This document shows, in pieces, positions 25,701 through 38,015 of a stretch of DNA of 64,000 nt (positions are counted from its first letter, which is position 1; every line of letters begins with the position of its first letter). The stretch is from Dimorphilus gyrociliatus (Eukaryota; Animalia; Annelida). Location: the NCBI GenBank assembly GCA_904063045.1, contig CAJFCJ010000118.1, positions 39,473-103,472 on the forward strand, read 5' to 3'. The notes under the pieces were generated by a model. That model saw nothing but the letters and a program-made list of their open reading frames with translations, had not been told where the DNA came from and ran no database searches. The position numbers and the translations under genes were made by a program.

Positions 25701-26398
25701 NNNNNNNNNNNNNNNNNNNNNNNNNNNNNNNNNNNNNNNNNNNNNNNNNNNNNNNNNNNNNNNNNNNNNNNNNNNNNNNNNNNNNNNNNNNNNNNNNNNN
25801 NNNNNNNNNNNNNNNNNNNNNNNNNNNNNNNNNNNNNNNNNNNNNNNNNNNNNNNNNNNNNNNNNNNNNNNNNNNNNNNNNNNNNNNNNNNNNNNNNNNN
25901 NNNNNNNNNNNNNNNNNNNNNNNNNNNNNNNNNNNNNNNNNNNNNNNNNNNNNNNNNNNNNNNNNNNNNNNNNNNNNNNNNNNNNNNNNNNNNNNNNNNN
26001 NNNNNNNNNNNNNNNNNNNNNNNNNNNNNNNNNNNNNNNNNNNNNNNNNNNNNNNNNNNNNNNNNNNNNNNNNNNNNNNNNNNNNNNNNNNNNNNNNNNN
26101 NNNNNNNNNNNNNNNNNNNNNNNNNNNNNNNNNNNNNNNNNNNNNNNNNNNNNNNNNNNNNNNNNNNNNNNNNNNNNNNNNNNNNNNNNNNNNNNNNNNN
26201 NNNNNNNNNNNNNNNNNNNNNNNNNNNNNNNNNNNNNNNNNNNNNNNNNNNNNNNNNNNNNNNNNNNNNNNNNNNNNNNNNNNNNNNNNNNNNNNNNNNN
26301 NNNNNNNNNNNNNNNNNNNNNNNNNNNNNNNNNNNNNNNNNNNNNNNNNNNNNNNNNNNNNNNNNNNNNNNNNNNNNNNNNNNNNNNNNNNNNNNNNN
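25701..26398. other. Assembly gap (N run)
   Basis: 698 N bases. Confidence 1.
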
Positions 26399-26539
26399 AG
26401 AATTACATGTATTGACAAAATATCATAAATTGTTAGTAGTATGTAATGAAAAAATATTCAATTATATAATAAATGAAAAATATGCTTGCAACAGATCCTT
26501 GAATACGAATTTATTTATAACCCAAGGTGTTTTTGCTTC

Positions 26540-27720
26540 ACTCATAATTGCTTGTAATTTTTGGATGGTAATAAGATTCAAAAATCTATTGAAAAGATTT
26601 TGTCATAAGAATCTGGAGAATACTGTGAGAGAGGGATCTGTGATCAATGTGTAAATGGTAATTGTTCTGGAGGATTTTGCTCTTGTTTTAAAGGTTTTGA
26701 AGGATCAACATGTGAGATTGAGGCATTGTGTGAAAACTGGTGTATATGAATATGACTTGGGTTGGACAAGTAATAATTTTTCAGAGATAGCAAAATAGCA
26801 AAAGGGATGTTCAGACCATGGCATGTGTATTGATCATGATAAATGTAAATGTGACAAAGGATATTACAGGACCAACTTGTTTACAGTATTCTTGTGAGAA
26901 TATTAACTATTTCACCAATCATGGATCTTGTCTTGAATTTGATAAGGACTATTTTGATAAAAACTAGATGGAAATGAGATTCTTGTTCAATTGCAATTTG
27001 TTACAAAGACTGTTCATTGAATGGAGAGAGTGTATTGAACCAAATAAATGTACATGTAATGCTGGATTTGAGGGGGATTATTGTGAGAATTTAGTAGTAT
27101 ATGCATTGGAGAAGACACTATCAAAGCTATCTTCTTCAGTTTATGTAACTATAAATGTTAATGGTGTAAATAAATGTGCAGTAATTAAACATCCAGTTTT
27201 GGATGATAAAATTCTCTTAATATATCTATGGGATCTCTTGTATCAAGGATAGAAGCAACTGACTCTGATTCTGGTTCAAAAAGAGAAATGACATACAAAC
27301 TTGAGAAAACTCAAACAGAATCATATATATTTAAAGTGAGAGAAAATTCATCTGAGATAATAACATCAAAGTTTACTCTTCCAGTTGGATCATTTGAAAA
27401 TCATCTTATTGTCTTGGATAAATCTGATGATCATTGTTCAAGTACAATTGGAGAATATAACTGCAAAAGCAGAAGATGAAACTATTTCTAAAAGAATAAG
27501 AAGTGCATTGACAAAGGAGGAAAGTACTTTGAAGGAATTTAGTAAAGAAGATACAGATTTTTTAACTTTAGTATTTTTGAATGATGTTACGACATCTGGT
27601 GTAGGAAATATTAATACAATATCTTGTTCATTAAGAATTAGCTGATAAAAGTTCTGAAATGACTTCTTCAATAATTGCTGTTTCCAGTGTTAGTATGATT
27701 GTGTTTGTTACATTATTGAA
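26540..27720 (+). pseudogene. Degenerate EGF-repeat + cadherin-like + putative TM gene fragment
   Basis: CDQCVNGNCSGGFCSCFKGFEGSTCE, CIEPNKCTCNAGFEGDYCE, IEATDSDSG; multiple stops and frameshifts. Confidence 0.65.
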
Positions 27721-27759
27721 ATTTTTCTTCTTATATATTTGAGCCAAAAACATATATAA

Positions 27760-28260
27760 ATAACTTAAAAAAAACATTTTGCAAATGACATGCACTAGCA
27801 TAATTGATGTATTATCAATTTAAACCTCAGAAAGACAAAAAATTGAAGAGTCCTATGCCCATATAAAAAAGTCAGAGTCTAAAGTTTCATCTTTGTTGAC
27901 ATTCTCTCCTACTTATTTGTTTAGATTTAGTTGATATAAAAGAATTTATGGAATTGAATGATGAACACCAGTCTAAACTAAAAAATATTTATTGAGTACA
28001 TAAACAAAGAGAGTACACATTTTGTAGGAAAAGTGCATATTGTGCAGAAAAGATTATTTGAATGTGATTTTTGACCAAATTCACAAAAACTCAAAGTAGC
28101 AGTTTATTATTGTATTAGTATTTTAGTATTTTTGTGCAATCGTCTCTTGTTCACTTTCAATAGAAAACAATTGCAACAGCAAAGGTAAAATCGACCTTGA
28201 AAAAGTCTTTAGCATTGTTAAAGGTTTGTTTTGGTTATTCTTAACAAAAAATCTGGATTA
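27760..28260. repeat. Second copy of the dispersed repeat at 15895-17000
   Basis: Shared sequence blocks. Confidence 0.65.
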
Positions 28261-28309
28261 AGCAACAGTTATTGGTTTAAATTTATATTAATCATCAGAT
28301 TTATCCTAC

Positions 28310-29263
28310 TTAGCTCTGATTATGAATATGTGAAATTTGTTGTCCTCTCTTCATCAAGTTCTTAAACATTGATTTAATTGCAGTATTACTAAAAATAGTT
28401 ATAAGAGGATTACTGACTCCTTGAATTAATGTTGTATAGTCTGCTATTCCACCAACTAGTTGCTTAACTTGGGTTTTAGAATTGTGAATTGAGATATATA
28501 CAACAATTGAGCAGATAATCCAGAGAAATATAATGAAAAACAATTGTAGTAGAGTTGCTTTTGAAGATTTGGAAATATTTTTCATCTTTTGAGTTTGAAA
28601 TTTAATATCATTAGCATGTTTTTTAGCAATTTTCAAGGTTTTAACATGGAGTACTAAAGCCGTAAAGTGTAGAGGTAGAAAGAATCCAATATAAATAAAA
28701 TAGTAATAGGGTTTGTGTCTTACATAGCCTTGGCAATAGTTGTCTTTTCTATATTTCACCAATGCAGCATAAAAGGGGAATAGATGTAGTACACAGGAGA
28801 AAAAAATGACCAAAATGATCATTAACAGTAATCTTGTACAGGTAAAATACTTTTGAAAATGAAATGGATATTTAATGACTATATATCTATACACAAAAAT
28901 TAGGAGAAGAAAATACTGAGTTTGTGCATATATGACGAGAAAACTCATATTAACGATAACACAAGCAGCTGGATGTAATTTTTCAGTATTCAATTTCTCT
29001 CCAAGCAATAGAGCTATCGCATACAAAGTTATTGTTAATAAATCGGAGACAGATACTGCTGGTATAAATATTACAATATTTTCTCTACCAGTTTTCAATT
29101 TCTTATAGGCAATTAAAACAATGCTGTTGAAAAATACACCTGCAATGTACAATATAGATGTTAATACTTTTGACAAGTTATTGTCCCAATTATGATGTCG
29201 ATGAGGAATTGGAGAAGATGATAATAATGATGATAATGTAACATCTTCCGTTGATTCGTCCAT
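28310..29263 (-). CDS. Intronless orphan rhodopsin-class GPCR, 317 aa
   Basis: Seven hydrophobic segments, TM1 GxxxN, TM2 SVSDLL, TM3 C and YRYxxIxYPF, TM7 SNPLI. Confidence 0.85.
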   Translation of the reverse strand: MDESTEDVTLSSLLSSSPIPHRHHNWDNNLSKVLTSILYIAGVFFNSIVLIAYKKLKTGRENIVIFIPAVSVSDLLTITLYAIALLLGEKLNTEKLHPAACVIVNMSFLVIYAQTQYFLLLIFVYRYIVIKYPFHFQKYFTCTRLLLMIILVIFFSCVLHLFPFYAALVKYRKDNYCQGYVRHKPYYYFIYIGFFLPLHFTALVLHVKTLKIAKKHANDIKFQTQKMKNISKSSKATLLQLFFIIFLWIICSIVVYISIHNSKTQVKQLVGGIADYTTLIQGVSNPLITIFSNTAIKSMFKNLMKRGQQISHIHNQS

Positions 29264-29915
29264 TTCAAGATACAGCTAATATGAATTTTGACAACCGACT
29301 GCAAAGAAGATATCCTTTGCAGAATCTGCATAAATTGGCTTTTGTTAATTTTTTAAGGTTGATTGTGGACAGTTGAGTAAAATAATATTTTATTCTGAAT
29401 ATTTAATGAATTAATGGAGAGAAATGTGTTTGCTCTAATCAGGATTTCAAATATAAATAACTTTATCCATTGACTATATATTTTCTTTCAACAGATTTTC
29501 ATTATTTCACAAAGATAATTAGAAGAATCTATTGTTGATTTATCAATAATATGGAACTGTTTGTTTAGTATTAAATAGTCAATTTCTTTCTTCCAGAATC
29601 ATCACCTAATTTTTCAACTATCATTAATCTAATGTAACATCCATCTATTTGGTAATCTAAATACATATTTTGCAAGAAATAAGTAATGATTTTATTTTTG
29701 CGAAACAGCATGGCAACAAACACCAGTTTCTGGTTTATTCAAACAAGAAAGTGGAAGAGGCTGTACGAAAAAGAGCTTGAGAAAAAGATGAGATCAGCAG
29801 TAAACTGACATTCAGTAGTGTTAAACCTAACCCTTTCAAGTGGTCAGAGGCCTACAAAGTTGAAATCTGACAACCTCATAATTCTCAAGTAACAAAAATA
29901 GGAAAGACTGTTATG

Positions 29916-32900
29916 TCACACATGGGTCCCATCCAAGTACCATACCAAGTCATCTCTTATCAGCATCTTTTCCAAATGATCAGCATATTCACCCATTTCT
30001 GCATTTGAAATTTCTAAACCTTCTAATTTATCTACTACTTTCATCAGTTCCAAATCTTTAGCTTGTTCTTGTGGAAAATTCATTGTGATTTCACCATCTT
30101 CAATTTCATTGCCATTCTCATTTTCGTCATTACTATCTATATCCTCAAACTCTTCTGCATCTAGGAAATTACATGAAATTATGTCTTTTCTTTGCATAAG
30201 TTGTGTTGCAGACTCTTCAGCCTTTTTACTGTACTCAAATTAAGTTTTCTTTGAACAAATGTTTGAACCAAACTTTGGTGGTCAGTATATAAGAAGAACT
30301 TCTTGTATCTTAGGTAATGTGAAAACTTCTGTGTTGCCCAATAAACAGCAAAAGCTTCTTTTTGATATGCAGCATACTTGAGCTGTGAATTGATAAGTAA
30401 TTTTGATGCAAATGAAACTGGTCTCTTGGTTTTCTTTCCATCAGCTCCAACAGTTTCTTGCTCTAAGATAGCTCCAACTGCAAAGTCAGATGCATCAGTG
30501 GTAAGGTAGAAAGGTTTGTTATAATCAGGTAGCTGTAGGATTGGAGGTGTTATCATTGCTCTCTTGAGGGTATCAAAGGCTTCTTCTGCTTCCTTAGTCC
30601 AGTTGAGTTTGCTGTTTTTACCATGTTCCTTTATCAAATTTCGTAGAGGTTTGGTAATTCTTGCAAAGTCTTTAATAAACCTTCTATAATATCCACAAAA
30701 TGCAACAAAACTGAGTAATGTATTTGCAAATACAGGTTTGTTTGCTTCTTTGATCCTAGCAATTTTCTCTGGATTGGTAGCAATTCCATCTTTACTTATT
30801 CTGTGTCCAAGGAATTGAATTGATTCCTGAAGAAAGTTACATTTGCTCAGCTTGATTCTAAAATCTATTCTCTTGATTTGTTCCAGCACTTTTGTCAAAG
30901 CTACTTTATGCTCCTCTAGAGTGTTGGTAAATATGATAATATCATCCATATAATTGAGGCAGAATTTATCCAATCCATTTAAAACAAATGTTGCCATAAC
31001 ATAGCTGAAGTGAGGTGGGGCATTTGCTAACCCAAATGGCATTCTATTAAACTCAAAGAGGCCAAATGGTGTTATAAATGCTGTTTTCTCTTTATCTGCT
31101 TCTTTAATTTTGATGCGGTGATAAGCACTTGTGAGGTCGAGTACAGAGAAATATTTATTTTCTCCTCCTAGCTGATCAAATAAATCTTCTTGATGAGGGA
31201 GTGGATACCTGTTTTTCTTAGTCTGCTTGTTTAGTTTTCTATAATCAACACAAAGTCTTTGCGTTCCTTCTTTCTTTTGTACAAACAGAATAGGAGATGC
31301 CCATTCACTTTTACTTATTCTAATAATTCCACTGTTCAGTAAGTCATTAACTAGCTTTTTACATTCATCCATTTTCACTGGAGGTAATCTGTATGGTCTT
31401 TGCTTGAATGGAGTGGCTTCTTCACAAAGATCAATTGAGAGAGGTGGTACATCAGGTGTGCCAATATCTGTTTGATCTTTAGCCATAATCTCTTCAAATT
31501 CTTCAACAATAGTCATCAACTTTCTTCTTTCTTTTTCAATTCTGGTTAATTCCACTGCCTTGTCTGAATTCTTTTCATTTCTGATCATTCTAACAGCAAA
31601 TTTCTTCTTGCTTCTTTTTTTCTTCTTTTCTTCTGTTCTTCCTCCAGCTCCATGAAAGGATTTCACATGTAATTCTTCTTTTGCATCTTTACCATTCCAT
31701 ATGAAAAAGGGGAGGGATGCAGTTTTTGTTGCAAAGTCCAATCTTGCACCACTTTTTGTCAGAAAATCACATCCAAGTACAATTGACAAATCCAGATCCT
31801 TTACTACAATGAATTCCTGTTCCAGAATCTTACCAGCAAACTAAATATTCAATTTACAGTGTCCAAGTGTGTTTAGTCTTGTGCCATCAGCTGTTGTAAA
31901 ACATGGTGACCCAGGGGGTAATTCCATCTGTACCTTATCACCTAACAGCTGTATTTCCTTTTCTGTAATGAAGGACATGAGAGTACCTGAATCACACAGA
32001 GCCAAAGTTTCTCTCCCTTTTGGATTCACAAATCTAAATATGAAGTCATTTCTTCCCTTAACTTGAGAAGTACATCGAAAATGATACTTTATTTCTTGTC
32101 CCACATGATATATTGCAACTGTTCCAGCTGTATTTTCGCCATCTGATGGTTTGTCAGGTTTCTCAAAACTGATTCTGTGGAGGGTTGACTTTGATTCAGC
32201 TCTCCTGTTTCCATGATGGTTTCTACCATATCTTGGATTGTAACCTCTATTCTCTGGATTACTGTGTCTGTGTTGTGGAGGATTATAAGTCTTCCAATCA
32301 TTTTTCTTCCAATATTGTTCCTCTTTTTCCTCTATTCGTAGACTACTAAGATATGCTTCAGCTTCTTTTGCCAAATTTAGATACTGTTTTGCATTGTCAA
32401 TATTCCTGTGTTGTTCCACATGGTTGACTATATCAGCTCTCAGGCCAGATCTCAAGGTGTTTAATAACTGTATTTCTCTTATCCTTTCAATCACAGCAGG
32501 CTGATCATTTGCATTTCCAGGCAAGAATTTCTCAATAAGATCACTTGCTCTCCCAGCAAAACTTGTTACAGTTTCACCAGTTAATTGCTTCAACCTTTCA
32601 ACATCTCTTTTATAGATAATAGAGGGAGGGTTAAACTCAAAGTCTAAAGTTCCCCATATATCTTTTTCTGATGCTTCAGGAGGAAGTCTTTCAACAACCA
32701 GTCTAGCTTTATCTACAGTGTACTTTCTTAACATTTGTATTCTTTTTGCTTCAGTATTCCATGAACTTATTTCTGCAGCTGTTCTGAAATTCCTTTTAAA
32801 ATTCCAGGTGTCCTCTCTTCCAGAATATGGTTTCAACAATGTAGTATTTGGTCTTTCACCAGCATCCAAAAGTAAATTTGCCATGGTATGTTCCAATTCA

Positions 32901-33202
32901 GTGATTCTCATTACCAACTGTTCTGTTGTCCTCTGTCCCCTATTCCTTTCTTGAGACATTGGCTCACTTGAACTACCAGATTGCAATTTGCGGCTACTTG
33001 AACTTCCATACATAGAAGAGTTTTCAGGAAGAGTTAATGAACCAGACTGCACATGTTTTGCAATGAAGGATTCACCATCAACAGCTCCACCCAAATTCTT
33101 TATTTTCTCCATATATTCTTCCAATTTCAGCATATACTCACTGATTTTCTTTTCATCTTTACTTGCTCTACTAGTAGAGGGATCACTTCCAGCACTAGCC
33201 AT
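29916..33202 (-). mobile_element. Ty3/Gypsy element 1 internal region (gag-PR-RT-RNaseH, integrase missing), defective
   Basis: Gag without CCHC, PR LCDSG, in-frame TAG at 31843-31841, RT YMDD, RNaseH TDAS/YTDH, then frameshift and truncation. Confidence 0.93.
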
Positions 33203-33224
33203 TTTTCAAAAAAAAAAGATGAGA

Positions 33225-33242
33225 ATCCTGTCGACTGCGCCA
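33225..33242 (-). promoter_or_regulatory. Primer-binding site of Gypsy 1 (tRNA-Ser-like)
   Basis: TGGCGCAGTCGACAGGAT is complementary to a tRNA-Ser-type 3' end (ATCCTGyCGACTrCGCCA, recalled from memory). Confidence 0.8.
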
Positions 33243-33246
33243 AGTT

Positions 33247-33821
33247 TGTACTTTCCTGCTGAGGTTGTAGGTAAGTACTGGTCCAAATAGAACTGAACCA
33301 GGAGTAAGCCACTTAGAAGAGAGATGTAGAATTGATGAAAGATGAATATAGAACCAAACTGTAAGAATAATATAACTGTATTCTAAAGTAATACTAGACC
33401 TGTTCACTAAGGGAGTTGATTCAGGACTGAATGCCTGTTACTGCCTACGCCCTGCTTTTATACAATTCCTTATCAGTTGTTTATGCCTTGGCTGTCAACA
33501 ACAAGGGTCTAACCCCAGATAAGGATTGTTCACAACAAACAGGGTCAAGGGTTATCATATTTTGCAATAGTGATGTAAACAACAACAACTTTGTGTAGGT
33601 TACCCGTGAAGGGTCAATTCTTACATCATATTTATGTAAATAAACACTTGTTGTTGTTGTCAACATGTTTGTTATGTAACATCTTATCCTTTGCCTATAA
33701 AAGGGGTTGATTCTGGCAGTTGGGTACCATCTACCCCAGAGGCAACATCTACTTCAACACTTCTACCATATAGTAAATATCACTTATAAAATATCTATAA
33801 ACTATAGTTCATAAGTGTACA
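33247..33821 (-). mobile_element. 5' LTR of Gypsy 1 (family LTR1, 575 bp)
   Basis: TGTAC..GTACA termini, adjacent PBS, homologous copy at 45667-46073. Confidence 0.85.
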
Positions 33822-34520
33822 ATATATTTTCATAATTTTTTTTCTTATTTGGCCGTGAGTCACATTATTCCAGACAATGGTTTGGGGACTAATATTTGTA
33901 CTACTTCTGTATTTGATGACCTTCTTTCTCAATGCACGTAATGATTCTGGGTTCTCCATACCCCAAACACACCATCCGAGGTTATTAGTCCCCAAACCAT
34001 TACTCCACCTCTGCCCATATTTTTTGTTAATCTCATCTCTTTTTCCCTGTCATTTGTCCAGGTCACGAAGTTGTCAGGACCACTCAATGAAAGCCTTGCC
34101 TCATCTGTAAATATGACTCTTGACCAATCTAAGTTATCTCAAATAGTTTTTAAACAATACTGTTTCCTTCTTTTGCAGTCATTGCTTGTGAGATCAACTC
34201 TTTGTCAAATTCATTTATAACGAAAATTTTGTAATTTCAACTCTCTCTGAATTGTCTTCAGGCCTACATCTACCTCCAATTGATTTAAAATCTTCCTCTT
34301 GTCGCCCTTTCCTTGTTTCTTTTAAGTCTCTTCACAATCCTATTCATTCTTACTACATTTCTTTCTTTGAATCTCTTTGGATGACCCCTATTCTCTTGTT
34401 TGGGTGGCTTATACGTTAAAATAATGCCATTCCCAAAGCCCTTGCAGTTGCCCTTACTTTCCCCAATTCTTCATATTTCTGGATTACCAGGTTCCCAACC
34501 TCTTTTCCCCATGCCATAAT
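33822..34520 (-). mobile_element. Tc1-like transposase remnant truncated by Gypsy 1
   Basis: SDEARLSLSGPDNFVTW..GRGGVMVWG and N-terminal HTH-like fragments with stops. Confidence 0.7.
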
Positions 34521-35781
34521 GAAATAAATGATATAAAAATTAACTAAAGTAGGTAAAATAGATAATAAGTAATCAACTTAACTTGGAAAATTAATTTTGT
34601 TGAAAAAAATTTCAGTTTAAGATGTCTATTTAAATGCAAAACTGGATGTAATCCAGATGTACAGTTAATTTGGACTTACAGCCAAATAAAGAAAAAAACA
34701 ATGAAAATTAATAAAAAAATTTTGCTAATAATTTTCACAAATATGATAATTTTCTATAATTTTTTCAGTATTACATAAATATAACTCTTTCTTCATGGAA
34801 ATTTAGACAAAAAAACCAATTTAAACAAAGATAACATTTTTGGGGTGTTTTCAAAATTGGCCTATCAAAATTTACAGTGTCTGGGTATTTTAGACTTTGA
34901 CTTTATTTACACTAGTTGTAAATTTTCAGCTCGAGAGGACAATAAAGGGGAGAGTAGCTATGTGGAACTGTCCAACTTTACAATTACACTTGGAAATATT
35001 CAAGGATACTGTTCCATCTGTTGAAGGTGTCCTCTATGCTAATTATAATTCTTTCGGCAAAATTGCTTTGAAATTTAAATATCTACCATTGAGTAGTGTA
35101 AGAGTTTTGTGTCAAAAAATGAATTTTAGCCAATTTCATTGACTTGCTTTTCCGATTAAACTGAAGTATCGTCAAAGACAATTTGAATATTGATTGTTTT
35201 GAAGAAAATTGCGAATTCACTTATAATGTGAATTCAACAACAAATGTTGGTTTTGGAATTAAATGCTATAAAAAATATGGATCGTGTAAATATTGTTTTT
35301 AAATATGTTTTATTTTGTTTGTTAAATTCCAACTATAAAAATTATGCTCTAGATTTCTTTGCAATAAAAAGAAAATGGATTTTTCTGCTTCTCTTACACT
35401 ACGGTCGAGATAATAAAAACTATCACGTGACTACAAGAGAATTAAAAAAATTTAAAGGAAATTGTAAGAAGATTGAATTCTATATCCTTAATAGAAAATT
35501 GATAAAAAAGATAAAAATGGAAAAGGATTTGAATAGTTTGTTATTGGAGGAAAATGAATGGATATTGAGCAACATTACAAAATTTTACATATTAAAATGT
35601 CATCTTCACGAATTCAGAGGTAGGATGAGGAATCCTTACTTCTTTTTTAAAACAAAAAAATGTGTAGATACAGAAATATTACTAACTGGGAAAGATAAAA
35701 AAGATGATTTTATCATTGAACATTTGTACAATAAAACTTCGTCCCCTTATTATTTCAAATCGAAAACTTATGGAATAACAG

Positions 35782-36416
35782 TGTACAACTTTGGTTATAT
35801 TTTACATGCTTGAACTCTATTATTTTATGCAACATATACATGTACATCTTAAAACCTATGCAAGAAAATGCTATAACATTGGCCAAACATAAGTCTGATT
35901 AGTCAGCTTCAAGGCTCATCTTTAATTACCAATAAAGGTTTGGCCAAGTTATAATTTAATTAACTTGCCTAGGGTGTGGCCAAGTTATAATTCAATTAAC
36001 CTTCCTAAATGTTCAACCTTGTAACATCCTCTTACTAAACATAAATATGAACTACACATTTCGGCAACTGTAAAGTGATGATGGATGTCAGAGACAAACC
36101 TCAAAGTATATAAATCCTCATTATTCTCATTTGGCATGCAGCTTCCATCTGGACCCAAGGACCTGGGAAAATCATCTGGAAACAACCTCCACTGGAACCA
36201 TGCATCTACTCCTCAACATTGGAAGACAGTTTGGTAATTTGGCAACCTGCTATTACAAACTATCTACTCTGCTATCGAACTCTCATATTGTTACTTGCTT
36301 AAGTATTATTATTGCGAATAAACCGTTTTAATTTAAACATTTGTTTAAAAGGTTCGAGTAGAACCAGTATTGTTATAACTTGCAAACGCATAGATTTTGC
36401 CAGCAAGAGCAGTACA
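35782..36416 (+). mobile_element. Solo LTR (family LTR2, 635 bp)
   Basis: TGTAC..GTACA, 4-bp TSD ACAG (the paralog shows the empty site), near-identical to 56322-56956. Confidence 0.95.
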
Positions 36417-36496
36417 ACAGTATACTTTAGTCTAGTAAATGAAATTAAAATTCAAGCAGCATTTGTAATGATATGTAAAGTATTTTTCAATGACCT

Positions 36497-37237
36497 TGTG
36501 CACTTAGATATAAGGGTAGATTAGAAAGACTTCTATTTTATAGGAATTAGACTGGTGCAACTATAGAAATACTTATATTTCGTACGAATTATAGTGGTGG
36601 AACTTTAGAAAGACTTTTATTTCGTAGAGTTAGCTTTTAGTACTTTAGAAAGAACTCTATTTCGTAAGAAATAGACTCTTTGACTGTAACAGATGGTGGC
36701 TACTTGGGGAATTAACAAAGGAACAAAGAACATGGAAAAGATGCAGGTCAAACACCAGATGCTGATGAGACAGGCCTATTTGCTGTGGCACATGTTTGGC
36801 ATGTGGCCCTAATCTTAGGATTATATTTTATATGTGTGATATAACAGTCTTTCATATTTTTGTTGTATGAGAATTATGAGACTGTCAGATTTCAACTTTG
36901 TAATCCTTTGACCACTTGAACCCAAGCTTTGGAAAATGTATAAAAGGAAATGCATTTCCTCAGCTTGTCAGTTCAGTTCTTTAACCGTTAACTGGTTGTT
37001 TAAACTTACTTGTTTAGAACTAGAAACTCATTTACTCAAAACATATTCTTTGGACGAAATACTGGTATTTTGTTGAATAATTTCTACCGAAATTACATTT
37101 GTTAAGACTATTTGTGGACGAACTTGAAAGGTTCTTCTAATTGGACCAGTACTTTGGTAAATTGATAAATGATTGGAAAGGACGAATACTGTTCTGAAGA
37201 AGCAGAAATTCCTACAATTACAATACAACAAAGTACA
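36497..37237 (+). mobile_element. Solo LTR (family LTR3, 741 bp)
   Basis: TGTG..GTACA, 5-bp TSD GACCT (empty site at ~38947); 3' part shared with 48498-48760, ~51100-51421 and ~57400-57708. Confidence 0.9.
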
Positions 37238-38015
37238 GACCTACAATCTGATTGCACCACAAAAAATTGAGTCTACAACATTGGAAGAAGAAAAATATGT
37301 ATTGTTTTATTTTTCTCTTAAATTAATTCATAAATTAAAAATTCAACAAAAATAGAAACCAAAGATCGAGAGTTGTTTTCTGGACAATGAGTATTGCCTA
37401 ACAGATTTAACTGAAAATAATAAGTATGTCTATATGGATAATATGGATTTATAGTGTGCAAAAATTTTGGATTTAAATCAGGAACACTCACCAGACATTT
37501 TTTAGCACATTTTTCACATTGAAGACCACGTGATGTTATAAAAACTTTTCTCTCTTTGTAAACATACATACATTTTAGAAATGACACATTTTAGTGTGTT
37601 AAGCATCCATCTGTTCAGCACAATAATACAATAATGAATTAAAACAAGTTTCTTTGGTCTTTGCATTGGTGAGCTAGAAATCAAGGAAAATCATAAGACT
37701 TTCTGATCAAAGTATGCAAAGCTATTATGGGATGTTTTTTCCCATACTATAAGGCAAGAATTGTTCTTATATTGATTGTAATATAATCTATTATATACAT
37801 AAAACAAATCAAAAATAATCTATTCTTACATAAAGAATTCTCCATTACATTTTCTAATTTGAATAAAGAAAATTTAATCTTTTACTTTTCAAATTCATTT
37901 ACAAAATGATTAAATTAATTTTTCAAATACAAAACACAATGATATCAAATCTGTCTTATTTAAAAAGTGATTTTTGTGTTAAACATTTCATTGTACCATT
38001 ATTAAGAAAATAGGA

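Larger units (their letters stand above)
34960..37590 (+). pseudogene. Partial duplicate of the LGR2 5' exons, disrupted by two solo LTRs
   Basis: High identity to 38060-39560 (PTLQLHLEIFKDTVPSVEG..., HYGRDNKNYHVTTRE...), with premature stop and insertions. Confidence 0.85.

Noticed and set aside
25657-26654. Two long ORFs in the ORF track
   Set aside because: Artefacts of translating the N gap.
33243-33821. Errantivirus-type AGT..AATT LTR termini
   Set aside because: The TSD-flanked LTR2 solo copy shows canonical TG..CA ends, and LTR1 has the same TGTAC..GTACA termini, so the AACT/AATT lies outside the LTR.
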